The position numbers and the translations under genes were made by a program. This document shows positions 35,566 to 47,923 of a DNA stretch of 64,000 nucleotides, in pieces. The stretch is from Selaginella moellendorffii (lineage: Eukaryota; Plantae; Lycopodiophyta): assembly GCF_000143415.4 (NCBI RefSeq), contig NW_003314268.1:2860559-2924558 (forward strand), in the 5' to 3' direction. The stretch's first letter is position 1. Every line of letters begins with the position of its first letter. Under the pieces are notes generated by a model that was not told the DNA's origin, ran no database searches, and saw only the letters and a list, made by a program, of their open reading frames with translations.

Positions 35566-38500
35566 TTAGTTCCTCTCGACCCCTTCGATGCGATCCTCCA
35601 CTTCGGCGTATAACTGGCGGAGCTTCTCCAAGTTCTCGTCCGAGGTCTCCCAGTAGCCGCGGCCGTTGGCTTCCAAGAATGTGGCGACGAGCTTGCGGAA
35701 GGAGTTTGGATTGGTCTCGAGCAGCCGCTTTTGCATCGCCTCGTCCTCGATGAACGTCGTGTTGGCCTCCTCGTAGACCCAGTTATCGACTTGGCCGGAG
35801 GTGGCGCTCCACCCCATGGTGTTCGTCAGCCTCTTCTCGATCTCGCGCACGCCCTCGTAGCCGCTCGACAGCATGCCTTCGTACCACTTTGGATTCAGCA
35901 GCTTGGTTCTCGCGTCCAGCCTCACGGTTTCGCCGAGAGTTCTTACCTGTTTGATCGATGAGAAGCTTGTTAGATCTTGGAAGAACAAGAAGCTAGAAAC
36001 ACTCCACTCTTACCTGAGCGTTTGCCGTGGTTGTGTCGGCAATGTACGCGCTGGGCTTCTTCTTGTCGCCTCGGAGGCTCTGGACGAGTTTCGTGGGGTC
36101 CGAGTCGAAGTAGTGGCTGACGTCCGTGAGGGAGATCTCCGACGAGTCGAGGTTCTGGAAAGTCGCGTCTGCCGTTGCCAGAGCCGCTTCGAAGATCTTG
36201 CGCTTCTCGCTCATCCCCGCGCCTGGGGTGTCGGAGTCGAAGGCGAAGGATTTCCTCGTCAGGTACATGTCCTGCAGCTGCTTTTCGTTGTCCCACGACG
36301 AGTTTTCCACCGCCAGGTTGACGTTGGAGGAGTAAGAGCCCGAGGCGTTGGAGAAGATGCGTGTTGCAGCTTCGCGAACTTCCACGCCGAGGCTCTTGGC
36401 CTGCTCCAGCACATGCTTGCGGACGAAGTTTTGCTCGGCAGGCTCGTCCAGCTCTGCGACCATCTTCACTGCTCGATCGAGCAAATTCATCTACACGAGC
36501 GAACTTTGGTCAGTGTCGAATCTCAAACAAAGAAAACTGATGATACAACAAGGAAGAAAACTGACCTGGTTGATGAACAAGTCTCTAAACACCCCGGAGC
36601 AATTCACCACGACGTCGATCCTTGGCCTCCCTAGCTCCTCCAGCGACACAGGCTCGATCTTGTTAACACGTCCCAAGGCGTCCGGCACCGGCTTGACTCC
36701 AAGCATCCATAGAACTTGAGCAAGCGACTCTCCATAAGTCTTGATGTTGTCCGTTCCCCACAGCACCAGAGCTATTGTCTCGGGATACTTTCCCTCGTTT
36801 TCCAGCTTCTGACGCTCCAGCAGGCGCTCCACCACGACTTTGGCGCTCTGAAGAGCAGCTATCGTCGGGATTGCTTGCGGATCCAATGCATGGATGTTTT
36901 TTCCAGTCGGAAGAACTTTCGGATTCCTGATAGGATCTCCTCCTGGACCGGGTTCCACATATCTCCCTTCTAGAGCTTGCTTAAGTCCCTGAAGTTCGTT
37001 GTCCGCCACGATGAGCTTGAGACACTCGTTGAGAAAATCGAAAAGAACCCGCAGCTTTTCCTGGTTGGCGTCCCTGAACTTCGTTTGGTATACCACCTCA
37101 AGCCACGGCTCTTTTCTTCCCATGTTGAGAAAGCCAAAGTTTCCCAGCTTGTCGAGGACATTGACGACTTGGCCGTTCTTGTTAGTTGTCTTGTTGACGT
37201 AGCAAGATATGATCTCCCGGCACGTATCAGTTATCTCCTTGAGAAGCTCCACGTCTTCTAGATTTCCCTTGTCTGCGTTCCTGTAAACGCTCTCCATATC
37301 CTTACCAACGGCCGAAGCTAGAATCCCAGGAAGACCATAGATGTTCTCGTCTGGCCTGTCCAAAGCGGCAATATTGACGAGCGTTGCCACAGCTTCTAAG
37401 GCAGTCGGAGGCTCTCCAATGACGTGCAAGCCGCAAGGCAATAGCCGGGACTCAATCTCCATGATCTTTCCGTATATTTTTCCCACCACCAAGTCCCTCT
37501 CCTCCGGGTTTAAGTCGGCTTCTTCCTCTGGCAATGCCACATCTTTGTCAAGGTTGCACTGTTTTGCCGTGCTTATGATGCTGCTAACGATCTGGTTTCC
37601 TCGGCCGCTGTCTTTGAGAGACTGATATGATGCAATGAGCTCGCTGAGCTGCTTCAGCCCCTTGTAAAGACCGGCATTCTCCGCTGGAGGCGTTAAATAG
37701 CTGATGGTGTTTGCATAGCTCCTCCGCTTGGCAATAGTGGCTTCGGAAGGATTGTTTGCTGCGTAGTAGTAAACGTTGGGAATGTTTCCGATCAAGCTGT
37801 CTGGGAAGCAGGCGTCGCTCATTCCAACTTGCTTTCCGGGCATGAACTCGAGCGAGCCATGAGTACCAAAGTGGAGAACTGCGTCCGCTTCAAATATCCT
37901 CTCGAGAAACGTGTAGTAAGCCGCAAAACCGTGGTGAGGGCTGGCAGACTTCGCAAACAAAAGTCTCATAGGATCGCCTTCATATCCAAAAGTTGGCTGC
38001 ACTCCAATAAAAACGTTTCCATATTGCTTCCCGTAGACGAGTAAGTTGGCACCATCTGAGTTTAGATTCCCTGGTGGCTTACCCCAGCTTTCTTCCAAAG
38101 ATTTGGCATACGGAGTCAGCTTCTCATACTCTCGAACGCTCATCTTGTATGCGACGTTCAGGTTGGGGCTGCTAAACTTCGCTTCTTTGTCGTGAAGAAT
38201 GTCCTCGATCAGGCCCTCGGCTGTTTCTGGCAGACCATCTACGTTGTAGCCGTCCTTTTTGAGATCCGTTAGAACACTGAAGATTGAAGAGAACACGTTG
38301 AGATAAGCCGCGGTTCCCACATTTCCTTTATCTGGTGGAAAGCTGAAGACTGTGACCGCGAGTTTCTTATCTGCCTGCATGTCGTCCACGTTTTAAACGT
38401 TTTCGTGGAGATACAAAATCAACAAAAGCTTACCACACTCTTTCGCTTTAGATTGGCCCACTTAACAGCCCGGGTGCAAAGCTGCTCCACACGATGGTGT

Positions 38501-40221
38501 AAAGCATGCGACTTTCCTGAAAGAAACAAAGGAAAACGTTCGTTAGAAAACCAAATAAATCAAAGCTGAGCAGTACCTGTCCGACTGTCGCGACCAGAGA
38601 AGACAATTGGTTCCAATCCTCCGTCTAGTTCCGGCAAAGCAACTTGAAGAGCCACCTGAATTGGATGAAGACCCAGCGTGCTTCCAAGCCATTCTTCCGT
38701 GGTTTGGAAAACAAGAGGAAGCGCCACGAGATATGGGACGTCCAGCTTTGTTAGAGCCTCCACTGCTCGAGGGTGGTCTTGACTGGCAGGCCCTCCGACC
38801 AGTGCAAATCCGGTTAGCGACACCACCGACTGAACAAGTGGCTTCTTCGAGATGGGATCGTATAAAAACCTCTCCACCGGCATGGAAAAGTCGAGTCCTC
38901 CTGCGAATATTGGCACGACTTTGGCACCTTTAGCTTCCAGTCCCATGACAACGGCTACGTAGTGACCATCATCCCCCGTTACAATGTGACTTCTCTGGAG
39001 AATAAGGCCGACTATGGGAGCATTCGGATCTTTCAGGCTGTCGCTCATGTCTCTTCTCGTCCCGTACCAGTTCAAGTACTCTTTCACGTCGTCAAACATC
39101 GTAGGAGCGAGCGGATGCCATATCCCAGTGTCCAGAAAGACTACAGGCTCTCCATATGCTAAATCCTTCCCCTTGAGACTTGGAACGTATGACCCCGAAA
39201 CCATGAGCAGCAAGTTCTCTAAATTCTCTGACGAGCCTCCTAACCAGAACTGTAAGCTCATAAGGAACTTCCTCGCATCCTGAGCCTTGTCGGATGGCAG
39301 ATACTTGAGAACTTTCGGAATTGTCCTGACCAACTTGAGCATCGACTCTTCAAATCTTCCGCCGTTTTCTTTCTTCTTCCTCCGTATCAGCTGAGCGATG
39401 GCACTTTTGCTCTGTCCCAGCTGCGACATGGCGAAGGATCCCAGCTTGTTTAGTCTCATCACCTCCGGCATTGACGGGAAGACAAGAACAGCGTCCATCC
39501 TTTCTCTTTCCTTCTCCAGCGCCTCTTTCACCTTCTGCGCGAGCTCCTCGACAAATATGAGCGATCCTATGAAAATGTTGGCGTTGGAGAGATCCTTGCA
39601 AAACATCTCGTAGTTGTCCTTGTCCCTGAGCTCCTCGACCAAGTAGCCTACCACCTCAAACTGGACGTCGTTTCTAGCTTTGTTGAGCTTCCTCACCGCC
39701 GCGGAGAGTGAGGACTGGTATTGTGCCTCAAGAACAACGTAGACCACCTTGACAACCGTTGTGCTCGGCCTGGCTTCCGGGACGATCCTTCGCACATCGG
39801 GCCTGGTTTGAGTGAAGAGACCATTTCCCATCATTGCTGAGATTTTCTACACACATTTTTCAAAGAACATCTAGTCAAGCTATGAAAGAAAAGAGAAGAC
39901 AAAGACGCTTTACCGTGCTTTGACGCGTCGATGGAAGAATCCTTGTCGCGGCCGATAGACTTGAAAGGTCCTGTGAAAGTTTTCAAGGAAAACAATCATA
40001 CTTCTAGCTCATAGCAAGAAACTCACAGCTCTGAGATGATCATCGAGGTCATTGTAATATCTAAGTCCTTCGTATCCAGCTCCTACTGCACCAATCAATC
40101 CAGCATTCTCAGCTTCCATGGAACAAAATGACTGCTAAGAGAGATTACCTCTGCCTCGAGAGTGAGAATGCACTGACAAAATTCCTAGCGAAGACGCTGC
40201 CGCGCAAAGCGAAGACGCCAT
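35566..40221 (-). CDS. CHLH: Magnesium chelatase subunit H
   Basis: [76 protein letters not shown]. The start and transit-peptide exons (39838-40221) are less certain. Confidence 0.96.
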
Positions 40222-40394
40222 GAATGACGATCTCGATCGATTCCCTAGCCCGCGATCGAGATCCCCGATCGAAATATCACAATGCAGGAAGATTCATGGC
40301 CCCCGGAGCTCCCAAAACCTCGATCGCTTGACGCTCCCGCTCAACCGGCCCGTTAAAACCTAGCTCCAACCCCCAGACATGGTCATACGACTTC

Positions 40395-40544
40395 CACGTG
40401 TCACGGGAGCTCGTGAGCCACAAGCCATGATCGTGTGGTGATAAGGTAGGCGAGCTGTGATTGGCCGTCCCGGATTCGAGCATTGTGCGCCAAGGGCGAT
40501 GGTATCAAACCAAGAAGATCCTCTTGCTAAATAACAAAATATCT
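40395..40544. promoter_or_regulatory. Light/clock cis-element cluster in the divergent CHLH-MIOX promoter
   Basis: G-box CACGTG 40395-40400, I-box GATAAG 40440-40445, reverse CCAAT ~40460, evening element AAAATATCT 40536-40544. Confidence 0.6.
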
Positions 40545-40766
40545 GCATCTCACGAAAGTAAAGTATCCTTTGGTAAAGTATATGCCTATTTTTAAACGCG
40601 TCATGTCTATCCTCTGAGTCAGCATGCCACGCCGGCTGACCAGTCAAAGTTGGCACATCCAAGGCGAATATTTTTGTCCGGGGAAGAACTCTAACGCGGT
40701 CTTTAGGTTTTCCTATTTCTTGTGGTTTGATCGATCGATCTAGGCGGGAGGAGCGACGGCGCGAGG

Positions 40767-42465
40767 ATGGGAGTGGACGCGATACCGGCATTGATCGATC
40801 CGTCGCGCAGGAGCTGGGACGATCCAGCTCCCGACGACGCGGAGATCGCCAAGGGTATGATCGGATCCATGCAAGCATTTGAGAAGCCTGGAGCGAACGC
40901 GTTTGGGCACGAGTTCCGGTAATAATAACTTTCCTTTTAGTTTTGTTTTAGCTCGATCTCTCTCGCTCCACTGATGTGTGTTTGTGATCTTGGAAGGGAG
41001 TATAACAAAGAAAGCGAGCGGAGTTCTGGAGTGGAGAGTTTCTATAAGATCAACCACACGAATCAAACATATGACTTCGTAAGGGTCATCGTAGCAAATC
41101 CTGCTTGTCACTGACGAGCATTGTATATATCTTGTTCTCTTCCATTCCTGCAGGCAATGGAGATGAGGAAGAAACACCTTGTTCTTGACAAGGCCGTGAT
41201 GGGCATCTGGGAATGCTGCGAGCTTCTCAACGAGTACGTCGACGAGAGCGATCCGGATCTGGACGAGCCCCAAATCGAGCATCTCTTGCAAACAGCGGAA
41301 GCTATTCGCAAGGATCATCCAAACGAGGACTGGTTCCATTTAACTGGCCTCATTCACGGTAAAAAATAGATAGATATGATCTCTTGACACGCAGCTTTTC
41401 TTGACTATTCTTCTTCGTCGTGTTGTTTCTAAATTTTTTTATCCTGGCAGACCTTGGCAAGGTGTTGCTGCACCCCAAGTTTGGCGAAGAACCGCAGTGG
41501 GCTGTCGTGGGTTCGTGCTTGTAAACTAGCGAGCGTACTCACAATTTCTTTTATCTCTCAGGTGATACATTCCCGCTAGGATGCCCGTTTAGCAAATCGA
41601 TCGTGCACTCGGAGGTGAGTAGCTCTTTTATTTTAGATCTCGATTGAGCAAGCAAGGAAAGGAAGAAAGAAGAAAAACAAATCTCGGAGAAAGTTCTCAC
41701 CTTTTTGAACAGTTTTTTGACAGAAACCCAGATTCTCGTGACCCCAGGTTTAACACCGGCAATGGCGTGTACGAGCTAGGCTGTGGACTTGACAAGATAG
41801 TCATGTCATGGGGCCACGACGAGTATCTGTATCAGGTGTGGTAAACTTTGCTTTTCTCGTGATGCTCGTCCTTGTTCTTACTGTTTAGTTATACAACACT
41901 TAAACGAGCTTTAACTTTGTAGGTGCTCAAGCGAAACGATTGTAATTTGCCTCCACAAGCTCTTTTTATCATTCGGTACCACTCCTTCTACGGTAATATT
42001 GTATTGCCTGCGCACGAGAATCTTTCCAGAAGTTTGTTGATGTGGAGCATTCGCATAGTTGTTTCACTTGTGCTTTGTTTTGTTGTCGCCTTACAATTTA
42101 TGTTTCCGTGCAGCTTTGCATCGAGCTGGAGATTACAAGCAGTTTATGGACGACTTCGATCGCGAGATGTACCCGTGGCTCGAAGAGTTCAAGTAAGCAA
42201 AGAGAGAGCTTAGATTGCTAGTCTCTGGTTAGCGGCTTAAGCTGCGAAAACCCTACTGACAAATCCCTGTTCTGTCGTTTGCAGCAAGTATGACCTTTAC
42301 AGCAAGAGCAAAGTCAGAGTCGATGTGGAAGCCGCAAAACCATATTACCTCTCACTCATTGACAAGGTGAGTTCTAAGTTCTCTCTTTGTTCTATCAAGA
42401 ACACTCAAAATGGGATCTTGATCTCTTCTTGGCAGTATTTCCCAAACAAAGCGATCAAATGGTGA
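40767..42465 (+). CDS. MIOX: myo-inositol oxygenase
   Basis: [78 protein letters not shown]. Confidence 0.96.
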
Positions 42466-43128
42466 GACGAAACCTGGCACGAAACCATTTATTGGTATTT
42501 CGTACAGATCGCAATAAAAGCGACAAAGCCGCGGAAAAAGGCCAAGGAAAGCATCTTTACTCGATTGGAGGCATCGGATCCCGTTTGTCGTTTAGCAACA
42601 TATTGAATTGATCACGTTTCTCTATTGGAAACTTCATACAGTAAGAAAAAAAAGAAAAGAAAAACCTTTTTTTTTCATCTCTTTCTCACTCTCTGTTATT
42701 TCTCATACTAGGTAGTTTAGAAGGGAAAAAAAAACAAGAGAACAAAGAGCTAGAGTCTCTCAAAAAGCCTGCACAAGGAGTTCTTCTATAGAAGGACAGT
42801 GGTTAAAAGAGCAGGACTACCAAAGCACCCACCTATATACAAATGGCTCACTGTTTTTGGATGGAAGATGATATATAAGTTTATGTTGCAAGATAATAGA
42901 TAGTGTTGTGTTCCCGAAAAGTTGTGAAGGAAGCAAAGATCATTGCTGGCTCTTGTTATTTTTAATCCTCCTGCCACTCATTCTAGCTCGCTTGAGATCT
43001 CGATTCGTTCTTCCAGCTTCACAGGGAAAGAGCTGAGAGGTGTTCCTGTAGAACGCGACTTGATGGATCAGCACAGCTTTGAAAGGATTGATGTTGTGGA
43101 AGAGAAAAAAGGAGGTACCTCTCAGGAG

Positions 43129-44126
43129 CTACGCGTTGACGAGGCCGCAAGCCAGAGCCATGAGAAGTGCCGCGCCTTCTTCCTCGTCCTTGGTTTGATG
43201 AGATTTCCTAAACGTGTTGAATCTAGCGGACCTGCTGCCCCACTTTGGAGTGTGGAAGCCCGAGGGGAGCGACCGCCTTGTGCACACTCGCCGTGGCACC
43301 GGAGCCTGCCGGGACGAGCACTGCTGCTTAAACACCACCTGGCTGCTGCTACACGAGGCCTTCTCCTCCACGGCCTCGCGCTTCTCCCCGCGGACGACGA
43401 GCCGGCTCCTCCTGTGGCCGTGTGAGCGCTCGGTCTCCTCCACTGCCTCGGCCTTACGCTTCGGAGACTTTGTCGACAGCTTCTGTGGCTGCTCGTGTGG
43501 ATCGCTGCTGTTCGAGGTGCGTTTAGTGCTGCCAACCTTCTTGTAACGAATGCCGCATGCATTGCAAAGAGACTGCACCCAAAGAGGAGAGAGCCCAAGG
43601 TTAGAGATCTCTACACCGAATGGAAGAACGTAAAGGATAAAAGGAAAGTATTTAAGTACCTTGGGACCACAAGGCCCATTTCTCCAGAGTGGAGTCTTGG
43701 TCGCTCCACACTGCGTACAACTCCTGGACGGACTGGTTGCACCAGGGGACATCTCAGACGAGGAAGCTGCGCCATCCGATGCGTGATTGCGAGGTGGAGA
43801 ATGTGAAGTGATCACCGCCAGCCGTCCACACAGGCTTTTGCCGTCTAAAAGCTCTGATTTTCTTTCGAGCTTGGGCTTGATCCACTCCTCATCGGATCTC
43901 TCGCCGAGCTTCGCAATCTCGACTTTCGAGTCATTATCTTCATCCATTGATGAATACTCGGACTCAATGAGGTGCTTAACCTGAAGTTTAGCCATACAAA
44001 AATACAGTAAGAAAAAGGAAAGCAAACGTAGAGGCTCAGCCTAGAATGAGAGGAAAAACCAACCTTTTTCATAGTTCCTGGGAAATCCCCCGCGGTAGTA
44101 CTAGACGTGACGCTAACCTTCTCCAT
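43129..44126 (-). CDS. LLM-domain B-class GATA transcription factor
   Basis: [27 protein letters not shown] zinc finger split by an intron; C-terminal EEEGAALLMALACGLV. Confidence 0.92.
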
Positions 44127-45812
44127 GGTTGAGATACGAGCTACTTCACTTTCACAGATCCCTACTAAGATCCCCAGATCTTAAGCTGATCTCTTGGCAC
44201 CAGGCCTGCAGATCGTCATTGCAATGAAAACCGCATCATTTCCACCTTAATGCAAGGCTTAAGATCCCCAGGGAAAGAACCCGGTTGATGCCGCTAAACT
44301 GTAGAACTCACTAGCCTGTAATCGTGACAAGAGCGTCGCATTTGGATCGATCTCTGCTCCAGTCGGCCAGCCACGAGGACCCAGAAGGGCTTTTGCGCAT
44401 CCTGGAAACACCATCAAAGCATCTTCTTTAGCGTAAGAGAAAGATCGGCGATCTTTGCCTAGAAAGACCCAAGATCCACAAACTAAACCCAAACAGACAA
44501 TCCCAGGCAGCCCAGGCACCCAAGATCTCCCGATCTTTGAGATCGACGATCCAAGGAGGCAGAAAGAATGCAGGTTCGCACACAAAACGATGACCTACAA
44601 GGCCAAGCAGTGCCAAGACCGCGCAAGATCGGCGATCTGATCACCCAGGAATGCATAATCCCGCAATCGCAATCATCCGGCACAGATCACACGGCAGATC
44701 GGCAAGCAGGCATCACATAGATCTGATCCGAGACTGACCTGCAGCTCAATGTAAACCCTCCCGGCGCCCAATCCCTGATCCGCCACAGATCGCACAAGAA
44801 ATGCTCCAATTCCTGCCGCTCCACGCCCAGGGCAAGCCGTGCGAGGCCTAATCGGCGCCAAATTCTGGGCGCCCCAGCCGGCGATCCCGCAGAAGAAACG
44901 ACCCCGCCGCCTGATCTAGCCCTGGATCGCCACAAAGAGGATCCGAATTCCACACGCGCCGATCGGGCAACGGGCCAGTGCCAATGAATCGAACGAGATC
45001 TTTGGCGCCGAGACGATGGAGAAAGAAGAAGAAATGAGAAAAGAGGGCAATGCAACACAGCATTCAAGGCGGCAAACAAAGGCCCTACGGCTGGGCGCTT
45101 GAGGCAATCCAGACCGTCGAGTTTCCGCGCTACAAATCACCGCCGCCGTCGATCGCCCAGGCCACCTCGATGTCGTTGATCCCTACCAAGCTGGCTTCAT
45201 CGGGCCCGTTATCTTGGCGCGGCCATCTCGCGCCGTTGGATCTCGAGACGTCGATGTCGTATCCAACGGTGGGTTACGCGCATCCGCAGATCTCCAGCCG
45301 TCGGCGTTTTATGGAATCCCAACCGTTCAGATACCTCGACACGCGGACACAGCCGATGTGCGCCACGTTTGCAAGTTCTCGGTCGTCAATTGTGGTGCTT
45401 GTTGATCGATCGATGTGTTCTACCTGACCGGTGTGTGCTTTGATCGATCCGAAATGAAAGAAGTTAAAGATTTTTCTTGGATGTCCCAAACAAAAGGAGG
45501 TTTAATCCGAGTAGAATAACTTGCGAGAAGAGCTCGAAGTTTGAGAATGATCAGAGACGAGAAAAACACGTCGTCTTTGAATTTATGTCAACTTTGAAAA
45601 AAAACTTTTGCTTAAAATCTGGGAACTGGAGTTAATCCTCTCAATGCATATTCTTCTACCGTACACTACTTTTGGATATTTTTCTTTGTACACGTTATGT
45701 AATCGACTGTTGATTGATGCGTTCTACTTGACCGGCGTGCTTGATCGATCCTGGAAGAGGAAAAAAGGAGATTACAAGCTAGCGTGCAATTCTTCGCGAG
45801 AAGACGAGTTTC

Positions 45813-47733
45813 TCAGGAGATCAATGGCTCTTTCTTCACATTTTGGAACTGCACTTCGCCGTTGAGAGCCTCGCTCACAAAGTTCTCGATTGCAGCTGAC
45901 GTGAATGGGCCTGTGTGAGTAGCAAACCTCTTCTTTCGAAACTTGAAAGCCACCAATGCCGGATCTTGCTTCTCTAGCCTCTTGTCTCCAAATGCCTTCA
46001 CGAATTTGGCCTGAGAAGCACCGTCCACGTACACGTACGAGACAGCGACCGAGGAAGATCTAGTAGCGGGCTGGATGTTCTTCCGAGAAACCTGCGAAAC
46101 AAAGGAACTTTAGTCCTGTGAAAGCTCTCAATCGCGGACAACACAAACCTCAAGCAGAATCTTTTTCGCCTTCTCCTCTGCGGATTTGGATCTCGTGACC
46201 GCGATGACACAAAGTGCGCTTTCGGAGCATAATCTGGAGAAGTTTTCCTTGGTCAGCTTCGAATGGCCGTCACTGGACTTGGTCTCGCGTTTCTCCCTGC
46301 GAACGTGTCTGTTTTTGGTCTCTAGATCTTTGAGGAGCCCTTTCAAGTCATCTAGTTTGATGTTCGGGCCTTGGGATAGAATGGTTGCGTCCGAATTTGC
46401 CAGAACACCGACCACCGCCGGAAGTTTTGTCACTTTGAACTTTCTTGCCAGCGTGTCGGATATATCCTGTACCTGTGGGAGGACGTAAAAACTGTTTTTA
46501 GAACCACGAAACGCAACTATCTCTTGCCTTTTTCTCGAAAAATACTACGCGCTGATGGAAGATTCCGCTCAAGGCTCTCCACATTGCCGGGGTCTCTTTT
46601 TTCTTCGTCAAAAGCACGGCTCTGGGAAGGTTGTCGTCTTTCTCGAAAATGTCCTCCTCATCCCCAATTATCCTTGTCGAAAGTCTGGGAAGGAACTCCA
46701 CACTATAGGCCTCAAGTGCCTTCACTTTCCAATCACCCGTGTACTCAACCAAGGATCTTTTCCTGGATGGCACCCACGGACAAATGTAAAGTTTAGGCTC
46801 TTTGAGTACCGAAACGCGCTGTTGCTTGCAAAGGAGCTGGTTACTCTGGCAGTTTATGATTCCTACCTGCATCAAAACATTCGTCAAAGGGAGAAAACAA
46901 AAACGAAACGTAAGAGAAAGAAACTACACGTACCTTGATAACCCCGTTCATGTGCTTGGCAAACTCTTCAAGGATACGAGTTCTTTGGTCGAGCGCTGTT
47001 GATGAAACGAAGAGCAGCAGCCAGGTTTCCGAGTCATTGAGGACTTGTCTCGTGAACTCTGCCGAACTTAACTGCTGTAGCTGCGATCCAAACTCGGGGC
47101 CCGGATTCGAGTTCTTAAAAAATCCCCCAAACATGTCGTCCATGTAGCTCCCAAAGCCACCAAAGTTAAAGCCGTCAAAACTGAATCCATTCGGTCCATC
47201 GGAGTGGAACGTATAGCGCTGCTGGTATTCATGCTGAGCATTGCCATACTGGTGCTGTTGTTGTTGAAAATCTCTCTGGAAAGGATCACCACCGCCACCG
47301 CCGAAGCCACCGCCGCCGCCGCCGCCGCCGCCAAAACCTCCTCCCGGCGGTGACTCTCCATAGAGATCATACTCCTTGCGCTTCTTCTCGTCACTAAGAA
47401 TCTCGTAAGCTACACCCTCGTTAGAACGCACTCCCTTGAAAGAAAAAACACAGGATGACGCTTACCATTGCTTATCTCGGAGAATTTGTCTTGCGCGTTC
47501 TTCGCCTTGTTCTTGTCCGGGTGATATTGGAGCGAGAGCTTGTGGTAAGCCTTCTTGATTGCGCGCTGATCAGCATTCTTGTCCACGCCGAGAATCTGAC
47601 GAGAAGAATGAAATTTCTAGCAGCAAATTCTTCAGGACTGTGCGAGTACCTTGTAGAGATCCTTGCTCTCCGCAGGAATCGAGAAGATCAGCAGCACGGA
47701 AACTAGAACGACCGTGATCGGCGATCGTAGCAT
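45813..47733 (-). CDS. ERDJ3A: ER DnaJ protein with thioredoxin-like domains (ERdj3A/TMS1-like)
   Basis: Signal peptide, J-domain with YHPDKNK, Gly/Phe-rich linker, thioredoxin-like C-terminal region. Confidence 0.85.
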
Positions 47734-47923
47734 GCTTCCAGCCAGAAACCCTACAATCTGGAATTTTCCAGTGGAGTTTTAAGGTTGCGTGGCTTAAGAG
47801 CTCTTGGCCGTCGATAATACCCCCGTGGAAAGATCTGAACCGTCCAATTGATATAGTAGCCAAAGCTCCTGGTTTTCGAAGCTCTCTTTCCCTCACTATG
47901 TTCTAGGGATTACTTTCGACGCA

